Below, piece after piece: positions 17,895 through 27,980 of a stretch of DNA of 41,116 nt. The notes below the pieces were generated by a model. The model saw only the letters and a program-made list of their open reading frames with translations, made no database searches and had not been told where the DNA came from. Within the stretch, counting starts at the first letter, position 1, and each line of letters opens with the position of its first letter. The position numbers and the translations under genes were made by a program. Source of the DNA: Candidatus Woesearchaeota archaeon (GTDB taxonomy: Archaea; Nanobdellota; Nanobdellia; Woesearchaeales; GCA-2687795); assembly GCA_030753365.1 (NCBI GenBank), contig JASMCJ010000061.1, positions 1-41,116 on the forward strand. Reading direction: 5' to 3'.

Positions 17895-19066
17895 TCAGTA
17901 AACCCATTCAATATCCTTTTTGCTTCCTATCTTACCAACCACTTCTTCAACATGTTTAACAGTAATATCCCTTCCTCCAAGTCCAATAATAAAATTATTC
18001 ATCTTGATTTTATCAGATAAAACCGCTTTTAAATCAGTAAACAATGCACCATAATTTCCAAACGATATATTCTTATCCAATACAGCCATCCCTTTTAAGC
18101 CTTTTGAAACTTCAACCAGCCTTTTCTTTGGAAACGGCCTATACGTCTTAAGCTTAATCATCCCAACCTTCTTGCCATCCTTCCTCATCTTATCCACAGC
18201 AACTCTCACAGTGCCGCACACAGAACCCATGCACACAACAGCCTGCTTAGCATCATTCATCTTATAACCTTCAAGGATACCATCCCCATAATCCCTTCCA
18301 AACTGCTGCTTAAACTCAGTATTAACCTTCTTTATAACCTGCAACGCACTCTCCATTGCCTTCTGCTGCGCATGCTTAAAATACATAAAAGAATCAGGAA
18401 ATCCAACCGGTCCCATAGTCAAAGGTTTCTCTGGGTCAAGCTTATAAACCGGCTTATACGGTGAAAGGAACCTATCAACACTCTTCTGCTCAGGAATATC
18501 CACTGGCTCATAAACATGCGACAAAGTAAACCCGTCAATGCAAACCATTGCAGGCAGCAGCACATCTTTATTCTCTGCAATCTTATAAGCAATTATCATC
18601 GTATCCAGTGCTTCCTGTGAAGACTCCGCATAAAACTGCATCCAGCCTGAATCTCTTGCAGAAATGCTATCCTGATGATCATTCCAAATATTAATAGGAG
18701 CGCTCAATGATCTATTAGCAATAGACATCACAACCGGCAGCCTCATCCCTGAAACCACAAAAAGAATCTCATGCATTAATGCTAATCCTTGTGATGCAGT
18801 GGCACTAAACGTCCTAACTCCAGTAGCTGAAGCACCCAAAGCAGCAGACAATGCAGAATGCTCTGACTCCATATGAATCATCTCACTATCTAGTATGCCA
18901 TCATTAATAAAACTCGCAAGCTTTTCAACAATGTGAGTCTCCACTAGGAGAAGTGTTTAACTTCTTCCTATTGTGGCGTAATCGGATACATTGGAATAAC
19001 AGCTGGCCTGCAAAGTTTTACGCCGATGGCAACAGCCACTGAGGCTTCAATTACTTTTTTTGCCAT
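17895..19066 (-). CDS. porA: Pyruvate:ferredoxin oxidoreductase alpha subunit, split by a 32-nt intron: join(19066-18971, 18938-17895), 379 aa
   Basis: Exon 1 MAKKVIEASVAVAIGVKLCRPAVIPMYPITPQ; exon 2 THIVEKLA...ESEHSA...TASQGLALMHE...NRSLSAPINIWNDHQD. Joining restores YPITPQTHIVE. Confidence 0.9.
18939..18970 (-). other. Putative BHB-type pre-mRNA intron (32 nt)
   Basis: TAGGAAGAAGTTAAACACTTCTCCTAGTGGAG; central helix CCAC/GTGG, cut sites AA^T and AG^A, internal hairpin TAGG-A-AGAAGT/ACTTCT-CCTA. Confidence 0.8.
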
Positions 19067-19120
19067 ATTAAATTCTTTCTAAAGGAAATATTTAAATATA
19101 TCTATTTTTACCGTACAATA

Positions 19121-20317
19121 ATGGGTAGTAAAATGGTAAAAATGCATCTAACTCAAATTCCTTCTGAAAGAATTTACTTAAAACTAAACAAGAAAGTAAT
19201 AAGATTAATTACTACTTTGGTTAAAAAAACTAATCTGGTTTTAAGTCAGGAGATAACAGAACAACTATACCGTTTTAAGATTGGCAAAAAGGTTTCGATA
19301 CATTTCATTAAGAAAATTTCAAGAATGCTTGAAATAGGGAACAAATTTATTGAGGATAATACTGACTTAATAACAAGTTGTAAAAGTACCAATGTAGGAA
19401 TAAAAAAACCGAGATTCCCATTTGACTTTACAAACAAAAATGGAGTAAGATTAATTTCAGCAATAATGGGCGATGGAGAGATAAATAGCCAGATAATAGT
19501 AAGATATAATAACCAGAAGAAAGTGTTAATTGATGGTATCTTAAATTGCTTCAAAGAGGTTTTTGGGGATGTAGATTATAAACTCTATTTAAGAGACGAT
19601 CAAACATACCAACTAGTTTTTCCTAAAATAGTAGGATTAGTTTTATTAAAAGTTGGCTTAAAAGAAGGCTATAAGTCAATAACAAATTATTCTATTCCTT
19701 ATTTTATTTTTAATTTGGATATAGATAAAAAAGGAATCTTTATTAAACAGTTTTTTACTGATGAAGGAAATGTTAGATTAAAAGATAGGAGACTCCAAGT
19801 AAAACAAACCTTAAAAATTGATTCAACCAAGAAGACACTTAGGCTTGAACCTGAAGAATACGCACCAAATTCCCTAAAAGGAATTAAACGGTTATTATTG
19901 GATCTTGAGATAACTTCAAAAATCTCTTTAGGTGCTTATAGGGAAAATGAAAAAAAGGCTGATTGGGAACTTTCTATTTATGGTAAAGAAAATCTAGTAA
20001 AGTTTCAAGAAAAAATAGGATTCTATTTAGAGTATAAGAATAAACTTTTAGAGAATGCAATAAAAAGCTATAAATTTCCTTCTGCTCCTAGAAACGGAAG
20101 GATTGAGTTTGCTTTGGAAAAATTTAAAATTGTTCAAACCAAATATGGTTTTGTTACAAAATACCTTCTGTCAGAAGAAAGCAGAAGGTCTATAAAAACA
20201 GCTATCTATTTTTTAATTGATTTAAAGAAAAAAGGTTTTATAAATGAAATTGAGAGGCCAAGAGACAAAAAAGGGCATCCAAAGGCTAGGAAGTATAGCT
20301 TGAATAATAACCTGTAA
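19121..20317 (+). CDS. Free-standing two-motif LAGLIDADG homing-endonuclease-like protein with C-terminal HTH-like region
   Basis: LISAIMGDGEI and FIKQFFTDEGNV motifs, WELSIYGKENLVKFQEKIGF; atypical codon style; no intein splicing termini. Confidence 0.85.
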   Translation: MGSKMVKMHLTQIPSERIYLKLNKKVIRLITTLVKKTNLVLSQEITEQLYRFKIGKKVSIHFIKKISRMLEIGNKFIEDNTDLITSCKSTNVGIKKPRFPFDFTNKNGVRLISAIMGDGEINSQIIVRYNNQKKVLIDGILNCFKEVFGDVDYKLYLRDDQTYQLVFPKIVGLVLLKVGLKEGYKSITNYSIPYFIFNLDIDKKGIFIKQFFTDEGNVRLKDRRLQVKQTLKIDSTKKTLRLEPEEYAPNSLKGIKRLLLDLEITSKISLGAYRENEKKADWELSIYGKENLVKFQEKIGFYLEYKNKLLENAIKSYKFPSAPRNGRIEFALEKFKIVQTKYGFVTKYLLSEESRRSIKTAIYFLIDLKKKGFINEIERPRDKKGHPKARKYSLNNNL

Positions 20318-20399
20318 AGTTATCAGCTTGTTTTTAGAAATAGCTTTATATGTATAATTTGAAAAGGTTTTTATAAAAAAGAAGGTTTCTCTGCATTAA

Positions 20400-20960
20400 A
20401 TGGACAGAAAACAGATTAAGTTATTTAAAATAAGACCGCAAAGGTTTGATGACATTAAAAATGATAGAAAAAAGGCTGGAGAGCCATCATTCATACTTAA
20501 TAACACACTTAATCATCTAGGGGTAAGAAATTATTGTCTTATTAAAAAAACTATAGGATTCAAGGATATGCCTGAATTCTATAATAACATTGAAGGAGAA
20601 TTAAAGCGGAGTTTATTCCATTCTATAGAGTTTAGTGGTATTAAAGAAATTATCCGCCCAGGAGAAGCACTTGAATACATTCAGGATTTATTCTCTTCAT
20701 CTGAATCTGCTGATAAATCTACTGTAATAAGAATTAAATATTGCAGTCCTAACCATAGCCTGAGAAGAAGAGATCAATTGGTTTTTAAGTGGAAGGATGA
20801 TATTATTCGTTGTGAAGAAGCCTTTATAGGCCATAATAATTTAGGAGATTATAGCACGGAATTAAACTTAGAAGGCGAGAGAAGCCCAGCATTAGCAGTA
20901 TACCTTGATAAACTTCCAGATTTTATTCAGGCTATAATAGATGACCCTTCTATCAGATGA
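20400..20960 (+). CDS. Hypothetical protein (orphan-like, 186 aa)
   Basis: Long ORF with upstream TTTTATAAA; ATGA overlap with the next gene. Confidence 0.7.
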   Translation: MDRKQIKLFKIRPQRFDDIKNDRKKAGEPSFILNNTLNHLGVRNYCLIKKTIGFKDMPEFYNNIEGELKRSLFHSIEFSGIKEIIRPGEALEYIQDLFSSSESADKSTVIRIKYCSPNHSLRRRDQLVFKWKDDIIRCEEAFIGHNNLGDYSTELNLEGERSPALAVYLDKLPDFIQAIIDDPSIR

Positions 20961-21919
20961 AAAAAAAAAAATTAGGAATCATTATACTTCTGCTTTTAAT
21001 CACAACAGGCTGTGTACAAGAAACCAACCTAACCAAAACAAGAGAACTAATGGGCACAATAGTTTCTATAACAGTAATCGACAAAGACACAGTAAAAGCC
21101 AGTCAATCAATTGACCTAGCTTTCACTGAAATAGAAAGAATAAACTCTTTAATGAGCCATTATAATAACCAGACTCAGGTTGGCATCCTAAACAATGAAG
21201 GCATTCTTAAAAACCCAGACACAGAGCTAATCAACATTCTAAGGCAGTCAGAATACTACTCTGCCCTAAGCAACGGCGCCTTTGACATCACAGTCCAGCC
21301 ATTATTAGAGCTTTACACTAATTCATTCCAAAAGACAGGCAAGCCGCCTTCAGAAAAAGAAATAAAAACTACATTAAGTCTTGTAAACTATCAAGACATC
21401 CTAATCGAGGAAACCAGCATAAGCTTTGATAAAACAGGAATGAGAATAACTTTGGGTGGCATTGCCAAAGGCTATGCAGTTGACAAAGCAATAGGAGTAT
21501 TAAAAGCAAACAACATAGACTCTGCCTTAATCAACGCTGGCGGAGACATAAGAGCAATAGGAAACAAAGGAAAAGAAGATTGGAGCATTGCATTAAGAAA
21601 CCCAAGAGATGAACAAGACTACATAACCATAATCAACCTCAACAATAAAGCAGTAGCAACCTCAGGAGACTATGAAAGATATTTTGTTGACAAAAGCCAG
21701 CATCATATCATCAATCCTAAAACTGGAAAATCAGCATTAGACCTAATCAGTGTAACAATATTAGCAGAAAAAGCAGTAGATGCAGATGCGCTAGCAACTT
21801 CTGTGTTTGTATTAGGCGCAGACAAAGGTTTAGCATTAATCGAAAGTTTAAGTGGTGTAGAAGGATTATTGATAACAGAAGAAAAAGAGGTAATAAAAAG
21901 TAAAGGATTTGAACCTTAA
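20957..21919 (+). CDS. apbE: FAD:protein FMN transferase (ApbE), lipoprotein
   Basis: TTGC lipobox, MGT, GAFDITV, GGIAKGYAVD, NAGGDI, ATSGDYER, HHIINPKTG, ADALAT. Confidence 0.95.
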   Translation: MKKKKLGIIILLLLITTGCVQETNLTKTRELMGTIVSITVIDKDTVKASQSIDLAFTEIERINSLMSHYNNQTQVGILNNEGILKNPDTELINILRQSEYYSALSNGAFDITVQPLLELYTNSFQKTGKPPSEKEIKTTLSLVNYQDILIEETSISFDKTGMRITLGGIAKGYAVDKAIGVLKANNIDSALINAGGDIRAIGNKGKEDWSIALRNPRDEQDYITIINLNNKAVATSGDYERYFVDKSQHHIINPKTGKSALDLISVTILAEKAVDADALATSVFVLGADKGLALIESLSGVEGLLITEEKEVIKSKGFEP

Positions 21920-22863
21920 CTAACAATCTTCATAGCCTTCTCCATATTATAAGCATTAAAAGCATATCCAATCCCTCTTCCCACAAAGAAAGAATTCTTG
22001 CTAAACACTCCGCTCATTGCCTCAAGGAAACCTTTCCTGCTTTCTATCTTTTTAAGCTCAACAGGCATCTCCAATATTTTCTCAAGATAAGCCTTAACCT
22101 CTTCCTCTCCTCCAAGCTCATCCACCAAATCCAGCTCTTTTGCCTGTGAACCCATATAATAAATCCCTGTAGCAAGCTCTCTAACCTTATCATTCTCCAA
22201 CCCTCTATTCTCTGCAACACCTTCTATAAAATAATCATGAATAAGATTAATCCTTTCACTAAGCAACTTCTCTTCCATAGGCGTCAACTGTTTCATAGGA
22301 CTACCTATATCCTTAAACTCTCCTGCAACAAGCCTTTGATAAGTAATATTATGATCACCTAAAAACCCTGAAAAATCCAGATAAGAAGAAATAACACCAA
22401 TTGAACCAGTAACACTCATCCTGTTTGCAATAATATGGTCAGTAGCAGACGCAACCCAATAAGCTCCTGACGCGCCAATCTCTCTAATCCAGGCAACCTT
22501 AGGCTTCTTAATCCTCTTCACTCTTCTCACAATCTCTTCAGTAGCAACCGGCGAGCCTCCTCCAGAATTAATCTCAAACACAATCGCCTTAACATTAGGA
22601 TTCTTTTCAGCCCTGTCAATAAGCTTAATAATATTTGAAGAAGTTGCAGCCTCTTCACCAAACGAAAGAATGCTAGGCTCAACCGTAATAATACCCTTTA
22701 AAGGAATAATAGCAGCATTCCCTAATGTAGTTGGCGTACCATCACTAATCACCGAAGAAAGAATCCCTGCAATAAACATGCTGATAAAAGCCAGTATAAC
22801 TAGAACAACAATAACTAATAACCATTCCCTGCTAATCTTAGGTCTTTCTTTCTCTGATTTCAT
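21916..22863 (-). CDS. sppA: Signal peptide peptidase SppA (S49)
   Basis: N-terminal TM, INSGGGS, GASGAYWVAS, TGSIGV, AGEFKD. Confidence 0.92.
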   Translation of the reverse strand: MKSEKERPKISREWLLVIVVLVILAFISMFIAGILSSVISDGTPTTLGNAAIIPLKGIITVEPSILSFGEEAATSSNIIKLIDRAEKNPNVKAIVFEINSGGGSPVATEEIVRRVKRIKKPKVAWIREIGASGAYWVASATDHIIANRMSVTGSIGVISSYLDFSGFLGDHNITYQRLVAGEFKDIGSPMKQLTPMEEKLLSERINLIHDYFIEGVAENRGLENDKVRELATGIYYMGSQAKELDLVDELGGEEEVKAYLEKILEMPVELKKIESRKGFLEAMSGVFSKNSFFVGRGIGYAFNAYNMEKAMKIVS

Positions 22864-22935
22864 TAACAACTTCAATAAGAACTATGTTTATAAATCTTTC
22901 TTTAGAGCAAAACATAAAAAAAGAATAAGAAAACT

Positions 22936-23754
22936 TTACTCAAGCTTCACATCATCAACAGCTTTCATATGTTTCCATGAACTGCTAAACAAGTCATCAA
23001 GTGCTTTAGCAAAGAACGGTGTGGTAACCCATATTCCAATATCATAAGTAGGATGAACATCCTTATCATCCAAAGCCATAAACACAAGCTCTTTCCCATC
23101 AACAATACAGAACCTTGCATTGCTATTAGTATGCCTAACCTCTGCAATATCTCTCATCTCTTTTATAGCACTCATGCTCTCCTTTGTAATCGGCGCAGCA
23201 ATCCTAATGTTAACACCTCTCTTACTAATCTTCTCAAAAGTAGGCTTAAGCCCTTCAACTTTTCTCATTATGCCTTGAGCAGTAGTCATAAGGGTAACAG
23301 ACTCATTAGCATTCTTAATCATCATCTCAAGATGATTATACAGGTTATGTCTTCCTCTTAACGAGCCAGACAAGTCAGACGGTTCTATTAACTCAACACC
23401 CTGCGTATGCAATGTGCTCAATTCATTCAAAACATCCGAGCCTTCAAGCTTATTCAATCTGTTAACCTTTTCTTCAGCTTCTGTCCTCATATTCTTTTTA
23501 ACTCTTCCAACAACTTCAGTAGGAGGAACAGCAATATATTTAATTGGCTTACCCAACTTCATTATAACAAAACCCTTCTTTTCCAGGCTTTCAAGAACAT
23601 CATAACTTCTTGACCTTGGAACATTAGCAATATCAGACAACTCACCTGCAGTGCTCACACCTCTTGACAATAAGGCTGCCCAGATTTTTACTTCGTATAA
23701 GTTCAAAGAAAAATATCTTCTCAGTTTGCTTAAAAATTCTTCTTTTACAATCAT
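22936..23754 (-). CDS. TrmB-family transcriptional regulator
   Basis: LNLYEVKIW...TAGELSDIANVPRSRSYDVLESLEKKGF winged HTH plus PLD-like C-terminal domain (RFCIVDGKE). Confidence 0.9.
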   Translation of the reverse strand: MIVKEEFLSKLRRYFSLNLYEVKIWAALLSRGVSTAGELSDIANVPRSRSYDVLESLEKKGFVIMKLGKPIKYIAVPPTEVVGRVKKNMRTEAEEKVNRLNKLEGSDVLNELSTLHTQGVELIEPSDLSGSLRGRHNLYNHLEMMIKNANESVTLMTTAQGIMRKVEGLKPTFEKISKRGVNIRIAAPITKESMSAIKEMRDIAEVRHTNSNARFCIVDGKELVFMALDDKDVHPTYDIGIWVTTPFFAKALDDLFSSSWKHMKAVDDVKLE

Positions 23755-23886
23755 TTTACCCTTCACCCTTTTTTATTTATAATTGTATAGTTATTACACT
23801 TTATTTCTTAAGTAACAACTTATATATAAATATATAGGTAGTAAAAAATATGGGAAAAACAAAAATTTATGATTTTCCAGACGGTA

Positions 23887-25851
23887 TTACTTCTCTTTTT
23901 CTCTTATCAGTGTCTTAACCACTGAAGCATCTGCCAATGTAGTAGTATCTCCAACATCTTTCTTTCCTTCAACAATTGCTTTCAAAATCCTTCTCATGAT
24001 TTTTCCAGACCTTGTCTTAGGAAGCGCATCAGCAAACTGAACCTTCTCAGGCTTTGCAATATGCCCAATCACTCTTGCAACATGTTTAACCAATTCAATC
24101 TTAAGCTTATCACTCTTCTTAACCCCTCTCTTCAAAGTCACGAACGCATACAGGCACTGGCCTTTTATCTCATGCGACATCGGAACAACCGCAGACTCTG
24201 CAACAGTCTTATGGCTAACCAATGCACTCTCCACTTCCGCTGTCCCAATCCTATGCCCTGAAACATTAACAACATCATCAATCCTACCCATTATCCAGAA
24301 ATAGCCATCCTTATCCTTCTTAGCAGCATCGCCTGCAAGATAGTAATCTGGAAACTTGCTGAAATAAACATCAATATATCTCTTAGGATTCTTCCATACA
24401 GTCCTTCCAATCCCAGGCCATGATTTTTTAATAACAAGATCCCCTCCCTCATTTGCAGCAGCCTCGCTCCCATCCTCCTTCAAAATAGCCGGCACCACAC
24501 CAGGGAACGGCATAGTAGCTGATCCAGGCTTCAAAGGCATAGCGCCAGGCAAAGGAGTAATCAAAATACCTCCAGTCTCAGTCTGCCACCATGTATCAAC
24601 AATCGGACACTTTCTCTTGCCAATAACATTATAATACCAATTCCATGCATCCGGATTAATCGGCTCTCCCACAGAACCCAGCAACCTTAACGAACTAAGG
24701 TCATGCTTATCCACCCACTTCTTACCCTCTCTCTCTAAAGCTCTCACAACAGTAGGCGCAGTATAAAACACATTAACCTTATACTTCTCAACAATCTGCC
24801 AAAACCTATCAGGCTCAGGATAAGTAGGAACACCTTCAAACATAAGAGAAGTTGCGCCATTAGCCAAAGGTCCATAAACAATATAACTATGCCCAGTAAT
24901 CCATCCAACATCAGCAGTGCACCAGTAAGTATCATCATCCTTCAAATCAAACACCCATTTAGTAGTCTGATAAACATAAACAAGATACCCTCCCGTAGTA
25001 TGCAACACACCCTTAGGAGTTCCAGTTGTGCCGCTAGTATAAAGAATAAACAAAGGATCTTCTGCATCCATCTCAACTGCCTTGCAAAACGGACTGGCAT
25101 CCTTCATCTCCTCATGCCACCAGAAATCTCTTCTCTTATTCATCTTCACCTTTATATTAGCCCTCTTGCAAACTATAACATTCTTAACAGACCGACATTT
25201 TCCTAACACAGAATCAGCCTTGTCTTTCAGAGGCATTGGTTTTCCTTTTCTCAAGCTGCCATCAGCTGTAATCAACATCTTAGCTTCACTATCCTTAATC
25301 CTCTTCCTAAGTGACTCTGCGCTATAACCACCAAACACAATAGAATGAATAGCTCCTATTCTTGTACAGGCAAGCATTGCAATCGCAATCTCAGGTATCA
25401 TAGGCATATAAAGGCAAACTCTGTCACCCTTTCTAATCCCCTTCCTCTTCAAAACATTTGCAAACTTGCAAACCTCTCTATGAAGCTCAACATAAGTATA
25501 AGTCCTGCTATCCTCTTCAGGCTCACCCTGCCAAATCAATGCAGCCTTATTCTTTCTCCATGTAGTAAGATGCCTATCAAGGCAGTTATAAGAAACATTT
25601 ATTTTTCCGCCTTCAAACCATTTAACAAACGGTTTCTTACTATACTTAAAAACAGTCTTCCATTTCTTAAACCAATGCAATTGCTTTGCCTTCTCTCCCC
25701 AGAACTTCGCAGGATTCTTAACAGACTCATTATAAATCTTATTATACTCTCTAAGACTCTTAACATAAGCACTCTTAACAAACTTCTTAGAAGGATTAAC
25801 CTTCCTTCTCTCTGCTCTCTCAGAACTAACAGACAAAATTGATTCTTCCAA
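23887..25851 (-). CDS. acs: Acetyl-CoA synthetase (AMP-forming)
   Basis: [59 protein letters not shown] start after a GAGGTG RBS. Confidence 0.97.
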   Translation of the reverse strand: MEESILSVSSERAERRKVNPSKKFVKSAYVKSLREYNKIYNESVKNPAKFWGEKAKQLHWFKKWKTVFKYSKKPFVKWFEGGKINVSYNCLDRHLTTWRKNKAALIWQGEPEEDSRTYTYVELHREVCKFANVLKRKGIRKGDRVCLYMPMIPEIAIAMLACTRIGAIHSIVFGGYSAESLRKRIKDSEAKMLITADGSLRKGKPMPLKDKADSVLGKCRSVKNVIVCKRANIKVKMNKRRDFWWHEEMKDASPFCKAVEMDAEDPLFILYTSGTTGTPKGVLHTTGGYLVYVYQTTKWVFDLKDDDTYWCTADVGWITGHSYIVYGPLANGATSLMFEGVPTYPEPDRFWQIVEKYKVNVFYTAPTVVRALEREGKKWVDKHDLSSLRLLGSVGEPINPDAWNWYYNVIGKRKCPIVDTWWQTETGGILITPLPGAMPLKPGSATMPFPGVVPAILKEDGSEAAANEGGDLVIKKSWPGIGRTVWKNPKRYIDVYFSKFPDYYLAGDAAKKDKDGYFWIMGRIDDVVNVSGHRIGTAEVESALVSHKTVAESAVVPMSHEIKGQCLYAFVTLKRGVKKSDKLKIELVKHVARVIGHIAKPEKVQFADALPKTRSGKIMRRILKAIVEGKKDVGDTTTLADASVVKTLIREKEK

Positions 25852-25937
25852 AATACCACCTCTTTTTACACTTAACTTTAGAACAAAGAATATTTAAATG
25901 TTTGTTTTGTGAAAAAACAAGAAATAAAATAATTTCT

Positions 25938-26336
25938 CTACCTGTAAGACTTCTGTCTTTTAGACCTTGCCTTACCTTGCCTATTCGGCTTTGAAGCTTC
26001 CTTCCTTCTCACATCAGCAACCAGAAGATGCCTGTCATACTCCAAGAAAGGTTTCTCTAACTTCTTATCAAACTGTAATAAGGCTCTTGCTATAGCAAGT
26101 CTTGCAGCCTCAGTCTGGCTGTTATATCCACCGCCTTTGATAGTAACATAAATGTCAACATCCTTGCTGCCTAAGCTCTTAGCAATCAGCAAAGGCTCTT
26201 GAATCTTCAGCCTATTCATCTTTGGTTGATAAATACTTAAAGGCTTATTATTAACCATAACATTACCTTTACCAGGCTTCAAAGTAGCTCTTGCAATTGC
26301 TCTCTTTCTCTTTCCGGATGAATTTATAACTTTCAT
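25938..26336 (-). CDS. rps9: 30S ribosomal protein S9
   Basis: SGKRKRAIARA, GGG..SQ, C-terminal KRQKSYR. Confidence 0.97.
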   Translation of the reverse strand: MKVINSSGKRKRAIARATLKPGKGNVMVNNKPLSIYQPKMNRLKIQEPLLIAKSLGSKDVDIYVTIKGGGYNSQTEAARLAIARALLQFDKKLEKPFLEYDRHLLVADVRRKEASKPNRQGKARSKRQKSYR

Positions 26337-26340
26337 TATT

Positions 26341-26748
26341 TTAAACCAGTTTGCATAAATCTTTCAATACCATATACTTATAATTAGGAAGCTTTGAAAC
26401 ATTAGTTTTGTTTGAAGTAATAAGCTTTTCTTTTTCATACTTCTCAGGAACACCCATATAACACATAATATTCTTAAAAGCATCCCTTCCTCTGCCCTGT
26501 TTATATGACAGCATACCTCTAATAGTTCTTCTAACAACCCTATCCGGCTGCCTTGGGAAGAAAGGTCCAGTCATTGGGCCTCCAATTTCTCTCCTCATCT
26601 TATACTTTGAAATAATTGAACTCTTATTACCTGATATAATAGCATTCTCACAATTAACAACAACTATCTTTTCACCTAGCAAAGCTGTCTTAGCTACAAA
26701 ACTAGCCATTCTTCCTACGATTTGATTAGTTGCATCAATTACTATCAT
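26341..26748 (-). CDS. rpl13: 50S ribosomal protein L13
   Basis: VIDATNQIVGRMAS, VVNCENAIISG, RRTIRGML. Confidence 0.97.
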   Translation of the reverse strand: MIVIDATNQIVGRMASFVAKTALLGEKIVVVNCENAIISGNKSSIISKYKMRREIGGPMTGPFFPRQPDRVVRRTIRGMLSYKQGRGRDAFKNIMCYMGVPEKYEKEKLITSNKTNVSKLPNYKYMVLKDLCKLV

Positions 26749-26756
26749 TTTAATCT

Positions 26757-27122
26757 TTATCCTATTATTCTGATTCTTTTACCTTTAATATCCATACCCA
26801 TAAAATCTTTAATAAGCATTGCTTTAGCCTGCGCTTTATTAATCTTCTCCAAAGCGCTCTTTGAATATGAAAACGCTCCAATAGTAAGCTTATGCTCCAA
26901 AACACCATCACCTAACACTTTGCCTGGAACAATAATAACTTCATCTTCTTTAGTATACTTATTAATCTTTGAAAGGTTAACAGCCCTTGCATTCCTTCTA
27001 GGCTTTTCTAGCTCCTTTGCAATCCTTTTCCATAATGGAACATTGTTCTCACTACCTAAAGCCTTAAGACTTTCTATCAAGCTTATCAAGCTTGAGTTTG
27101 TAGGACCTGTTCTTTTTACCAT
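26757..27122 (-). CDS. rpl18e: 50S ribosomal protein L18e
   Basis: PLWKRIAKEL, VNLSKI, IVPGKVLGDG. Confidence 0.97.
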   Translation of the reverse strand: MVKRTGPTNSSLISLIESLKALGSENNVPLWKRIAKELEKPRRNARAVNLSKINKYTKEDEVIIVPGKVLGDGVLEHKLTIGAFSYSKSALEKINKAQAKAMLIKDFMGMDIKGKRIRIIG

Positions 27123-27123
27123 T

Positions 27124-27663
27124 TTATAATTTATCCAATGTTTTTCCTATCCTTTGTTGTGTACTTACTTGTGAATATAATCTTGTTTTGAAATTTCTGA
27201 GCATATTTTGAAAATAATTGCTTACTTGATCTATATTTTCAACATAATCAATAGTTACCTTATTTTCTTCCATGCCAGTCAATTCAATGCTCATTGAACC
27301 TGTTTTTAATATTTTATTTTCAATACCTGACTTATTTAAGTTTATTTTCAAAATGTTCTTATATGATATCTCTTTTCCATTAGCATCCAGTTTGTTATCA
27401 TAAAACATATATTTCTTGCTGGTTATTGTTATATACTTGAAAGCTAACATAACAATTGTTGCTACAACAGCTGTCAGTATGATTCCAAACAATATCTTAT
27501 CTGCGCTTATCTCTAAGCCAAATGAATCAAATGTCTCTGCAAAAATATTCAATATCCCTGCAAACTTGAAAGCCATTGTACTCCCTGTAATAAACAATAG
27601 TATTACAAAAGTCTTGCTTAGGTTAAACAAAAGCAATTTCTTTTTGTTTGGTTCTATTTTCAT
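27124..27663 (-). CDS. Two-TM membrane protein, possibly with a bacterial PH-like domain
   Basis: Two hydrophobic helices followed by a beta-rich region (ISYKNI...KTGSMSIE); start uncertain (27663 or 27675). Confidence 0.7.
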   Translation of the reverse strand: MKIEPNKKKLLLFNLSKTFVILLFITGSTMAFKFAGILNIFAETFDSFGLEISADKILFGIILTAVVATIVMLAFKYITITSKKYMFYDNKLDANGKEISYKNILKINLNKSGIENKILKTGSMSIELTGMEENKVTIDYVENIDQVSNYFQNMLRNFKTRLYSQVSTQQRIGKTLDKL

Positions 27664-27737
27664 TACCTTATCCATTTTATGGGAGTAAAATCATTTATTA
27701 ACCGAATCCAAGCGTTTACTTTGGACTCGCTGCAAAG

Positions 27738-27836
27738 TGCGGAGGACGTGATTCGAACACGCGCACCCACTAAGGGACAAGGCTTTTGCTCAACGACCTC
27801 AACCTTGCACATTTGACCAGACTCTGTCACCTCCGC
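27738..27836 (-). tRNA. tRNA-Leu(GAG) with a 13-nt intron at 37/38
   Basis: Acceptor GCGGAGG/CCTCCGC-A, anticodon arm CAAGG-TTGAGG^(TCGTTGAGCAAAA)^G-CCTTG, long variable arm, T arm GCGTG-TTCGAAT-CACGT; located between rpoD and rpl18e. Confidence 0.92.
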
Positions 27837-27845
27837 AGTGAGCGT

Positions 27846-27967
27846 AGCGAACAAGGAGGCCAGTGAATTTGTCCCAAAGACAAATTTTAGCGCGCCTCCG
27901 CAATGATTATAAGCGAACAAGGAGGCCAGTGAATTTGTCCCAAAGACAAATTTTAACGCTCCTCCGC
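27846..27967 (-). repeat. Two 56-nt direct repeats (period 66) upstream of tRNA-Leu
   Basis: 27846-27901 and 27912-27967, 2 mismatches; each starts (minus strand) with GCGGAGG and contains the hairpin AATTTGTC/GACAAATT. Confidence 0.95.
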
Positions 27968-27980
27968 GTAAACTATAACC

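Noticed and set aside
17895..18944. 349-aa GTG-started ORF as the complete porA
   Set aside because: It lacks the YPITP-containing N-terminus, which is encoded upstream in another frame; its GTG lies inside the putative intron.
19121..20317. Intein- or group I intron-encoded endonuclease
   Set aside because: No extein fusion, no Cys/Ser...His-Asn termini, and no flanking ribozyme-sized structured RNA.
20960..20971. A12 tract in apbE as a frameshift or phase-variation site
   Set aside because: It is in frame and encodes the basic KKKK of a signal peptide; no evidence of variation from one sequence.
27663..27920. 85-aa minus-strand ORF
   Set aside because: Overlaps tRNA-Leu and the repeats; no protein features.
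27846..27967. CRISPR array
   Set aside because: Only two 56-nt units with a 10-nt gap, no unique spacers and no cas genes.
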